Origin: Cladosporium halotolerans
Lineage: Eukaryota
Direction of reading: 5' to 3'
Length of the DNA: 64,000 nucleotides
Assembly (NCBI RefSeq): GCF_011745625.1
Contig: NW_027191462.1
Location: 248,001-312,000, forward strand
Made by a program: the position numbers and the translations under genes. Of this stretch, positions 35,509-44,780 are shown one piece after another; position 1 is the stretch's first letter; every line of letters begins with the position of its first letter. The notes beneath the pieces were generated by a model that worked only from the letters and a program-made list of their open reading frames with translations, had not been told where the DNA came from and did not search any database.

Positions 35509-36394
35509 TCACTGGCCCTTCCTGACCCAGTCCTGCACGCTCTCCCTCACGCCCTGCACCTTCTCCTCCGCCATCGCCAGGCCCATCTGGCTGTGCGCCT
35601 TGCCCGTCTCCACAAAGTGCCGCACGCTCTCCGTCACGCGCAGGTGGTTGTCGCGCACGACGGGGTACTTCTCCTCCCAGCGCCAGACGAGGTTGCCGAC
35701 GTTCTCCGTCGTGCGCGGCACGACGTAGTGCGCCGTCGTCACGCCCGTGAGGATCGGCGTCACGAAGCGCACGAAGATGTTGCGGTTGCGCGCCACGATC
35801 GACCCCGCCATCGCCGCCACCAGCACGTAGATCCCGCCCGGCAGCAGCTTCTCGTTGCTCTCCGCGGGCGGTGCCAGCGAGCGGATTGTGGATGCCACGT
35901 CGTGCTCGGCGGACAAGGCGCGCGACATCCCGTTGTTGATCGCCTGCTCGGTCGCCGCGGCGTAGCCGTGCAGGAAGAGGCGCGTCTGCGCGATTTGCGC
36001 CGCGAGGCGGTCGGTGGGGGTCGGCGAGGAGGCGACGATGACCGAGGGAAGGTCTTGCTCTTCTTGCGGCTTGTCGGTCTTGCCGGACGCGGGCGGAGGC
36101 GTGGTCGCGGCGATCTCGCGGATGGAGGGCTCCGAGGGGGTGTCGTAGATGGGCTTGCGCTTGCGCTGGGTGGGTTGTTAGGGGTTTGTGAGGGTGGTGG
36201 AGGGCCATTGGGTGCGTACCATAGCGGCTAGAGGGTCTGAGGTGGGCTCTTCGGCGTAGACAGAGCGTTTGGGCATGAGGGTGAGGCCGGCAGTGAGCCC
36301 GGCGAGCGGGAGAACATGCTGTGACGCGGTCAGATTAGGCAATGGTTGTGTTCAGAGGTTCTCTTACCTGCCGAAGCAGCGGCGCAAAAGCCAT
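35509..36394 (-). CDS. MIC26: MICOS complex subunit Mic26/Mic27 (apolipoprotein O family)
   Basis: Start MAFAPLLRQ and two short introns. Motifs: RKPIYD, PTPTDRLAAQI, LLPGGIYVLVAAMAGSIVARNR, VVPRTTENV. Confidence 0.85.
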
Positions 36395-36599
36395 TGGAGC
36401 GAAGTGACGAGAGTGCGGGCTACAGCTGAGCTCTGGCCGTCGAGTTTGTCGTCCCGACGTCGACATCTCAAAGTCGCTCGTCGGGGCCGCTCGGGCTGCG
36501 CGACGAGGCCTCCCGCAACGGCCCGCCGCCTAGCGGCAGCTGGAGTGAACTCGACGCTGTCACATGCTAGCATGTCTGTGTCTCTCTCTTGCATCAAGG

Positions 36600-39029
36600 A
36601 TGCTGAAGCGTGCAACGCCGAGTCCGTGGACCTGCGCGCGCTGCGTACGGCAGCAGCAGCAAAAAAGAGTTGCGGCACGATGGCTTTCATGTTCATCGTC
36701 GAACAAGGGAGCTGGCCCGGCGTCTGCAGCGGCGTTCCAACATGATCGCAACCCGGTCGAGCGCGCCAATCCGGCTACTGCCCATGATGACCGGACACTC
36801 CGACAGATTTTCGACTCTCCGGATTTCTGGCAGGAATTCAGTGCCAAAACGCAACAATTCTATGGCGGTAGGAGCGCCGGCCTGTTTCAGAACCGTTATC
36901 TCACACGGCCAGAAGGGTTCCAAGAGTTCGCCGACGTCACACTACAGAAATGCAGGAAGATTGTCGCCAACGTGCTTGAATACTCAACTATAGAAGGATA
37001 CAAGAGGATATCGAGAGACCTGGACCGCCTGTCGGATCTGCTATGTCGCGTGATCGATCTGAGCGACTTCGTTCGCTCCGTTCATCCGGACCGGAAGGTA
37101 CAGATGGCGGCGAACGATGCATATGCACTCATGTTCGAGTACATGAATGTCCTCAATACGACTCCTGGTCTGGAACAACAATTGAAGACTGCGGCGGGCA
37201 TGCCTGAGGTGTACACCAGCTGGAGCGAGGAAGAGAAGACGGTCGCGAATATCTTGATGAAGGATTTCTCCAAGTCTGCTATTGAGCTTCCGGACGCGGA
37301 CAGACAAGCGTTTGTCGACATGTCAAATGACGTGGCGCAGGTCGGGACTGCGTTCACCGAAGCCATGTCGCCAGAAACCCCTCTGCTCGAACTCCCGAGT
37401 AGCAAGCTGAAGGGCATGGATCCGTTGGTGGTGCGCCAGCTCACCAAATGGGGCACTGCGCGTCTGCCAACAGTGGGTATGCCAGCTATGCTCGCTCTGC
37501 GAACCGTGGAAGATGTGGATACACGGCGCGATATTTACATGGCCAATCGTACATCGTCGATGGACCAAGTCGCACGCCTCGAATACATGTTGATTCAGAG
37601 AGCGAAGCTTGCAAAGCTGAGTGGTTACGAAAGCCACGGTCACGTTGCACTTTCAGACAAAATGGCAAAGACTCCAGAGGCGGTGGTTGGCTTCCTCGAC
37701 GCGCTGGCTCAGGAGAATGCGCCTAGAGTGAAGGAGGAAATGCGAGATCTGCTGGATATCAAGAGGGGTGATGCACACGTCAGCGGTATGCCAGGACAGC
37801 TAGATGCGTGGGACAAGGACTATTACACAGGGCGTCTGATGTCTTCCATGGCCTCCCGTGCACGCACAGCCGATCAGCTCAGCGCCTATTTCTCACTGGG
37901 GACCGTTATGCAAGGCTTGTCCAGACTGTTCAATCGTTTGTACGGCATTCGTCTGGTCCCACGTGAGACCCTTCCCGGCGAGACCTGGAATCCTGACGTC
38001 CGACGTTTGGATGTGATCGATGACCACGAAGGCCACATCGCCGTCATCTATTGCGATCTTTTCGAGCGCGCAGGCAAGTCGCCAAATCCAGCACATTTCA
38101 CTCTTCGCTGCTCTCGGCGGATCAGTGACGAGGAGTTGCAGGAGGCTGCCACTCTCAGCTCTGAGAAGAGCTCGATCTTTTCGACAGCGCAAGAAGCTGT
38201 CAACGATGGTCTCGCCACAAACCACAACCGCAGAGACGGTAACGCGCTTTACCAGCTGCCTACAATTGCATTAATCTGCGATTTTGCCCTTCCTGCTCCA
38301 TCTTACTCCAAGCGACCTGCGCTACTCTCCTATCGTGAAGTTGCCACACTTTTCCACGAAATGGGTCACGCCCTGCACTCCATCTGCGGACGCACTGCTC
38401 TTCAGAACGTAGCTGGAACTCGGTGCGCCACCGACTTCGCGGAGCTGCCCTCCGTTCTGATGGAATCGTTCGCCGCGGCGCCTGAAGTGTTGGCCCTGTA
38501 CGCACGCCACTGGGAGACGGACGCCCCGTTGGACCCGGCCAGGGTGCAGGAGCGCGTGGAAATCGACCGTCGCATGCAGGGCGCCGAGATCGAAGGACAA
38601 ATCCTTCTGGGTATGCTCGACCAGCAGTATCATTCCGCACTTCCGCTGCAATGGTCTCTCGGCGATGTCGGCGACAGCACCAAGGTCTACCATGACGTCT
38701 GGCGCCAGTACTCCTGCGTCCCCGAGCCGGCCGGCACGAGCTGGCAAGGATTCTTCGGTCACCTGTTTGGATATGGAGCGACTTACTACTCGTACCTTTT
38801 TGACAGAGCCATTGCGGGTAAGATCTGGCGGGACGTGTTCCAGCGGACTCAGGGCGGGGCGGTGGATCCTGCAGCTGGCGCGAAGTTCCGCGAGGAAGTC
38901 TTGCGCTGGGGAGGTGGAAGAGATGGCTGGCATTGCATTGCTGGTGCCCTGGGAGAGAAAGATGGTGTTCTCGCTGAGGGAGGGAAGGGCGCCATGGAAA
39001 GAGTTGGCGGATGGGGTGTACATACTTGA
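36600..39029 (+). CDS. OCT1: Mitochondrial intermediate peptidase (M3)
   Basis: Presequence MLKRATPSPWTCARC, LDRLSDLLCRVIDL, AHFTLRCSR, TLFHEMGH, RCATDFAELPS and FGHLFGYGATYYSY. Confidence 0.95.
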   Translation: MLKRATPSPWTCARCVRQQQQKRVAARWLSCSSSNKGAGPASAAAFQHDRNPVERANPATAHDDRTLRQIFDSPDFWQEFSAKTQQFYGGRSAGLFQNRYLTRPEGFQEFADVTLQKCRKIVANVLEYSTIEGYKRISRDLDRLSDLLCRVIDLSDFVRSVHPDRKVQMAANDAYALMFEYMNVLNTTPGLEQQLKTAAGMPEVYTSWSEEEKTVANILMKDFSKSAIELPDADRQAFVDMSNDVAQVGTAFTEAMSPETPLLELPSSKLKGMDPLVVRQLTKWGTARLPTVGMPAMLALRTVEDVDTRRDIYMANRTSSMDQVARLEYMLIQRAKLAKLSGYESHGHVALSDKMAKTPEAVVGFLDALAQENAPRVKEEMRDLLDIKRGDAHVSGMPGQLDAWDKDYYTGRLMSSMASRARTADQLSAYFSLGTVMQGLSRLFNRLYGIRLVPRETLPGETWNPDVRRLDVIDDHEGHIAVIYCDLFERAGKSPNPAHFTLRCSRRISDEELQEAATLSSEKSSIFSTAQEAVNDGLATNHNRRDGNALYQLPTIALICDFALPAPSYSKRPALLSYREVATLFHEMGHALHSICGRTALQNVAGTRCATDFAELPSVLMESFAAAPEVLALYARHWETDAPLDPARVQERVEIDRRMQGAEIEGQILLGMLDQQYHSALPLQWSLGDVGDSTKVYHDVWRQYSCVPEPAGTSWQGFFGHLFGYGATYYSYLFDRAIAGKIWRDVFQRTQGGAVDPAAGAKFREEVLRWGGGRDGWHCIAGALGEKDGVLAEGGKGAMERVGGWGVHT

Positions 39030-39396
39030 GTACGGAGCATGGCATGTGTATATGAACTGTACTGTATCTGTATATAGGATCTAGACTTGCTAAATGACCA
39101 GATCTAGCGGCTGCAAAACCAGACTTATCCAGACAGTGGTCCTTACCAAGACGAAGGCTGTTAGACAATGCACCAATTCTTCACTTACAGTTTGGCGGTA
39201 TAAGTCCAACGCTGGCATGTGAAGATTGGCAGGCAGCCACCCATGGAGCTTGGCGGCGGCCCCAGGAACGCGGATCGTCAGGAATGGATTGGGTGCGGGA
39301 GCTTACTCACCTCGACAAACTAAATGGCGGCCACATGCGACGACAACAGCGAGCTTCATTCCGCAGCCTCGCATTGTCCTGAGGTAGCCATGAAAA

Positions 39397-40497
39397 ATGC
39401 CACATAGTGAACATCCACACCCACCTGCTCCCCTGCGACAATCGACGATGGAGTCTCCGACGCACGACCCTCCCTCTCCATCCTCCTCCTCTCCACCCCT
39501 CCGTCCACCCCACCGAAAGTCGCTGTCCAATCTCACATCCGCCCTCAGTTATTTCACCGAACCCGTATCCTACACGTTCGCAGGCGTTGTTCGACGCATA
39601 TCTACCGACGACGCTCCCACTCCTCTCGCTCGCGCCCTGAGTGCCAATTACAACGGCTCCATGGATTCTGCAGTCTTCAACCCGCCCATCAGGCGACTTT
39701 CGCCTTTCCAGCCTCCTCCCTTGACCCCTTTGACGCTCGAAGGCTACAAAGACAGCACACCCGCGCAGGCCCGTCTGCTCAGCAAAGCGGTCGCCGAAGA
39801 AATCCGCCTCCTGGTCCCTCCGCGGTTACAACTCGCCGAACACTGGCAGCTAGCATACTCGCTCGAGCAGGATGGCAGCACCCTGTCGACCCTGTACGCC
39901 AACGCCTCTCGCTACCGCGGCAAACGCGCCGGCTTCGTGCTCGTCGTCCGCGACTCCACCAACGGCATCTTCGGCGCATACCTCTCAGACCCGCCCCGAC
40001 CGCACGCGAGCTACTATGGCTCAGGCGAATGCTTCCTCTGGCGCGCGCTCCGCCTGCCCGCCCTCCCCGACCTCTCCTCCCTCCCTCCGCCCCCGAGCGC
40101 CGACACGACGAACCTGCAGCGCATGACGACCGTCGGCGTCGCCAAAAAGCAGCACGCCCTGAACAACAACCACGCCAACTCCTCGTCCTCCGCCTCCCTC
40201 TCCTCCCTCAACGTCCCCACGAACGGCAATGGCAACGGCCACCGCTCGGGCACCTCGACGCCCGAGCAGATCCGCTTCAAAGCCTTCCCCTTCAGCGGCG
40301 AGAACGACTTCAGCATCTTCTGCCAGGCGGACTATCTGAGCGTCGGCGGCGGCGACGGACACTACGGGCTGTGGCTGGACGCGGGGCTGAGCAAGGGCGT
40401 GAGCGACACGTGTCCGACGTTTGGGAACGAGCCGCTGAGCGACGAGGGGAAGAAGTTTGATGTGCTGGGCGTGGAGTTGTGGTATGTTGGGTCGTGA
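39397..40497 (+). CDS. OXR1: Oxidation resistance protein 1 (TLDc domain)
   Basis: WQLAYSLEQDG, IFGAYLS, YYGSGECFLW, LSVGGGDG.YGLWLD and CPTFGNEPL. Confidence 0.92.
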   Translation: MPHSEHPHPPAPLRQSTMESPTHDPPSPSSSSPPLRPPHRKSLSNLTSALSYFTEPVSYTFAGVVRRISTDDAPTPLARALSANYNGSMDSAVFNPPIRRLSPFQPPPLTPLTLEGYKDSTPAQARLLSKAVAEEIRLLVPPRLQLAEHWQLAYSLEQDGSTLSTLYANASRYRGKRAGFVLVVRDSTNGIFGAYLSDPPRPHASYYGSGECFLWRALRLPALPDLSSLPPPPSADTTNLQRMTTVGVAKKQHALNNNHANSSSSASLSSLNVPTNGNGNGHRSGTSTPEQIRFKAFPFSGENDFSIFCQADYLSVGGGDGHYGLWLDAGLSKGVSDTCPTFGNEPLSDEGKKFDVLGVELWYVGS

Positions 40498-41248
40498 GGG
40501 TATGGGAAAGGAGTTTAGGAGGTGGCACAACTGAATAATACCCTGCCTGGAAAAGCAAAAATGGGATATCTGAGGACGAGAGTGCAAGAGCGTTCAGTCG
40601 GCTGGCAATGCCACGGGACCCCGGGTTACGGCAGCCAAATTCCGGACTCCTAGCAAGGCTGCCACGATCCGTCGCAGCGGATGGCCCGGTGTGGTGAAAC
40701 GATGTCTGGAACTATCAGTACCGGGCTGAGCAAAATCACGGCCGACGACGAAATGAGCTGAGGCGGCAGCCTAGCATGCGCCCAAGCGAAATCGGTGCTA
40801 CGACACAAAGCGTGCGGTATGGCCTTGCGGGCACTCTAGCAACGTGAAAGCAATTTTAGGCGCAAAGGAGCTCTTACCTGCTTTCGGGGACGCAACAAAA
40901 TTTCTTGCAGGGAATCTGAATGTGTTTCTTGGACTAACGTGCTGGCAATGGAGATCGAGAACACAACGTGGCGGGATGCATTTGCAATCAAGGCCAAAAG
41001 GCTTCAAACGATATGAGATCAATGACCAAGCATTTAGCGCAAAAAGAGCGCGCGAGCTACTTTATTTTGTACACCAAGCGACCTCTATTCGCAGGTCTTT
41101 GAACTTCACTTCACTTCACTTCTCTCCCCTTCCCTTCCCTTCTGTCCCCATCATCCCAAGCACAAAGAATAATACCAAACGCTCCATCCATTTCCATGTC
41201 CTTTTGCCCACATCTATACCCCCCAACCCGGCCAATCATACACCGCAA

Positions 41249-43562
41249 TCAAATATCAAACCGGATCCACTCCCTCCTCGGCGGCACCTCCGGCATCACA
41301 CCGCCCGCAAACTCGCCCCCTTGCGCGACCTTCTCGTAGATCCCCTGCAGCTCCGCGCCCAGCGCGCCCTCGTAGAAGACGGGCTCGAGCTGCACGTCCG
41401 GGTTCGGCGCCGGCGGGCCCTGCGGGAACCAGAGGCGCTCGGCGCGGTTGTTGGAGGGGTATACGTGGAAGTTCTTGGGCTCGCCGAGGTAGGTGACGGG
41501 TTGGTTTTTGAAGGAGGTCGGTTGGTTGCCTGTGTGCGTGAGGTAGGTCGAGGGGTCGGGGCCGCCGGAGGGGGTGGTGGCGGTGGTGTTGGGTGTTGGG
41601 GCGGCGCCGTTCGGTTGGGTTGCTGTGGAGGCGGCGCCGAAGGGGGAGGGGTTTGTTTGTTGTTGCTGGGGCTGGGTGGGCTGGCCAAAGGGGTTTGCGT
41701 TGGCGGCTGGTTGGGAGGGTTGGCCGAAGGCGCTGGTTGTGGGCTGTGATGCTTGTCCGAAGGCGGGTTTGGGCTGAGCGGATCCGAAGGGGTTCTGCTG
41801 GGCGGCTGGCTGGGAGGGCTGTCCGAAGGCAGATTGCGAGGACCCGCCGAAGGGATTCTGCTGTTGCTGCGGCTGTTGGTTGTTGTTGTTGGTTGAAGCC
41901 GCTGCAAAAGGGCTCTGAGATTGCTGATTTGAGCCAGCGGCTGCGAATGGACTGGGCTTGTTCGCTCCTGCCATACCAAAGCCGCCTGATGACTGTTGGG
42001 CAGCCTGGGCAAAACCACTTGGCTGGGACGCTGCGCCACCGAAGGGGCTCGGGTTGCCTTGCTGTTGCCCTGGCGCACTAGCTTGACCGAATGCAGGCTT
42101 TGATGGTTGGCCAAAGCCAGCCTGAGAAGATTGGCCGAACGTAGATTGACCAAAAGCGGGCTTCTGTCCCATCTGTGATGGCTGGCCAAAGCCAGTGCTC
42201 TGCCCGACAGCGGATGGTTGCCCAAACGCTGAACCTCCACCCCCCATGGATGAAGGCTGTCCAAACGCTGAGCTCTGTCCTGGGTTGGATGGCTGACCGA
42301 ATGCAGAAGCTCCGCCACCTAGGGCAGATGCCTGGCCAAACCCAGGCTGCGATGGTTTGCCAAAAGCAGAAGCCTGGCCGAATGTTGACTGCGGAGCAGC
42401 TGCTTGGCCGAATGCAGGTTTGCCAAAAGCGGAGCCTTGTGATCCCATACTAGAGGGTTGACCAAATCCTGATGCTGCTGGAGCGGCAGCCGGGGCGCCA
42501 AAGGCGCTTGCCTGCTGTGCCGGTTGTTGCGTGGAGCCCTTTGATTCCATGTCCAGACGGTTCGGATGTTGATCTTTGCCGTCGATGATATATTTCACAG
42601 CGCCGTTGATGTCGCCAAGAATCCGCTGGATAGCTTCGTTTGCTTTGGCGGCTGTTTGAGCCTCGAGTTGTATCTGTGATGTATGAGCGCCTGAAGAAAA
42701 GGGAAACAAACGACGAGAGAATACTTACCGACTCCTGAGGGTTGCCCTTTGACAAGGCGAGATAATGGCGGACTCTCATTTCTTCAGGACTTTGCTCGAT
42801 GTCGCCTTCCATCAGTTGTAGTGGGGCGTTTCTGCCTGGGCCGTAGGAGGACAAAGGCCATATTGGCCTTTCGGTTGTGAGATCGAGCTTTATGGTCTCG
42901 CCTGAGACGTTGTATCTAATCAATCCGTTAGGAGGTATGTAAGCACAGCGGTCATGAGAACAGACTCACGGGTTGTTGTCTTGATTCGACGGGCCTGTGT
43001 CAATGTCAACGTCCATCCTGTTGGCAGCAATTGGCCATCTTCCCGCGGTAAATCTCGCGCTCATTGTTGTAATCCAATCAATGATAGACATCGGAGATCG
43101 GTAATTATCTTCGTGATGAGAAGACACGAAAGGCGAAAGTAATGCGTTGTGCAACGCGGGCCGAAGAGGAAGGGCTCAGGATGCTGCACGTGGTGAAGCG
43201 CAATCGCAGTGAAGTGCTGCAGCCTCTTCGCGCCTGAGCTGTCAAGCCCGGACAATCCCGTCACCGCTCTAGGATACAGATGAAGTGAATTCAACGTACC
43301 TGAACCAAATCCGCCAGGTCTCCCTCTCGCGCCGTTTTGGTTGTTCAACGCCGAAAACCGGTTCCCGAACCCACCCTGCGATTGCGAGCTTCCCTGACCG
43401 GCAGGGTGTTCGTTCTTGCAGTTGTCTAGATTCGAGATCAGCTGACTTGTTCAATTTTTGGTCTCAAGTGAAGGACACCATACCGCCAAATTTACACCTC
43501 CCTTCCATGAAAAACTGGCATACCTGCCTCCCGCCACCACCGCCACGCCCGCGCCCGAACAT
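41249..43562 (-). CDS. AMO1: CCCH zinc-finger FG-repeat nucleoporin (Amo1/Nup42/NUPL2)
   Basis: Spliced N-terminus MFGRGRGGGGGRQVCQFFMEGRCKFGDNCKNEH, WPLSSYGP and EQSPEEMR motifs, many SAFGQPS repeats, and a C-terminal MPEVPP. Four introns, including 43299-42995. Confidence 0.88.
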
Positions 43563-44326
43563 GCTGATCTGTCGAAGGTTGAAAACTACGGGTGCATATC
43601 CAGCGTCTTGGCAGCGGTCAGAAGGTGATCGGTAGATGTATTAATATCGAGGCCGGCGGGATGTGGTCGGGCTTTGCCGTAAAGGGAATACGCGTCAAAA
43701 GAATGCTGCGCGTCCGAGCTGTCAAGCTGGGGTCGCCGAAAATCAACGAACGCCCGGTGCTTCGAAGTGCAGTGTGTAATAGGTGAGGCCAGGATGAATG
43801 GCGGTGGTGCGTTCTACACGCCTGCAAGACAAATCCAGCAATGCCGCGCCTGCCTGAGGACTTTTGATCAGCAGCGGCGAAGGCATCGGCGTCGCATCGT
43901 CGCGAGCTTGGAGCGCCGCGGACAACGCGGGCAGCAGCATGGGGAAAAGCTTGGCCGCGCTGCGCGGAGCCTCACACTCTCTACAGCCATGCTTGCACGT
44001 GCGATGCGCGGCGACGCTCACGCGAGGCGTGAGATTGCGCTTCGGGTACTGCAAGGCTTCTTGCAGTAGACACTGGACTTGAGGTAGGCTATTTGTACCG
44101 ACGTGCGCCTGGCTGTGACCGCCAGCAAGATTGTAAGGTACCTGCCCGAACAAGAATCGCCGCCTGGCCTCCTCTGCAAGCCGCCTTGCCCCTGCGTCAC
44201 CACGCGCTTGCGAAGTCACTTCCACCTACGCTGCACTCAAATCTCTCTGCGCCCTCAATGGCCTTGACCGGCCCTTGCGACCTACACCGATCATCGCGCA
44301 CCGCTGGGTATGAGTGAGGTTGCTCA

Positions 44327-44715
44327 ATGCACCCGGTATCGATCCTCACTTTTGGTATCTTCTTTGCCGGGTACATCACCGCTCGCTGGGACCTCGTCAC
44401 CCGCCTCTACGAGCTAGCCATCTTCGCCTGGGACCACGGCGTAATAGTATGCCACTGTAGCCCTCTCTGTCGTCTGAACCAAGTACTAAGTGTTCGCAGA
44501 CTCGCGCCGCCAAAGGCTTCGCCGTCCTCTCCATCTTCTTCCTCCTCTTCCTCATCCCGATCCAACGCATCGCCGCGCACGAAACCGAGCTTGTCAGTCC
44601 GCTAGGTATATCCATAGCTCCCACCAAGCAGGAGTCTGACGACCCGCAGGAATCGCGCACACCCGAAGCCGGCATCTCTGCGCGAGAGCAACTGAGACGC
44701 CGGGGCTCGTTCTAG
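44327..44715 (+). CDS. 92-aa membrane microprotein immediately upstream of GPI1
   Basis: Exons 44327-44446, 44500-44592 and 44650-44715 with canonical introns. Product: MHPVSILTFGIFFAGYITARWDLVTRLYELAIFAWDHGVITRAAKGFAVLSIFFLLFLIPIQRIAAHETELESRTPEAGISAREQLRRRGSF. Confidence 0.75.
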
Positions 44716-44780
44716 ACCTTGCGCTTCCGGCCAACCGAGCCCGCGAGGGGGCTGTATAACATACTACCCGCGATGGGATT

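Noticed and set aside
41560..42520. Repetitive DNA resembling a repeat array
   Set aside because: It encodes the FG (SAFGQPS) repeats of the nucleoporin and is not a CRISPR array or mobile element.
43105..43245. Hammerhead or HDV-like ribozyme, TPP riboswitch or snR30/U17 as the identity of the AMO1 intron structure
   Set aside because: No CUGAUGA core (it reads GUGAUGA), no HDV P4/J4-2, no TPP consensus, and no U17 m1/m2 motifs seen.
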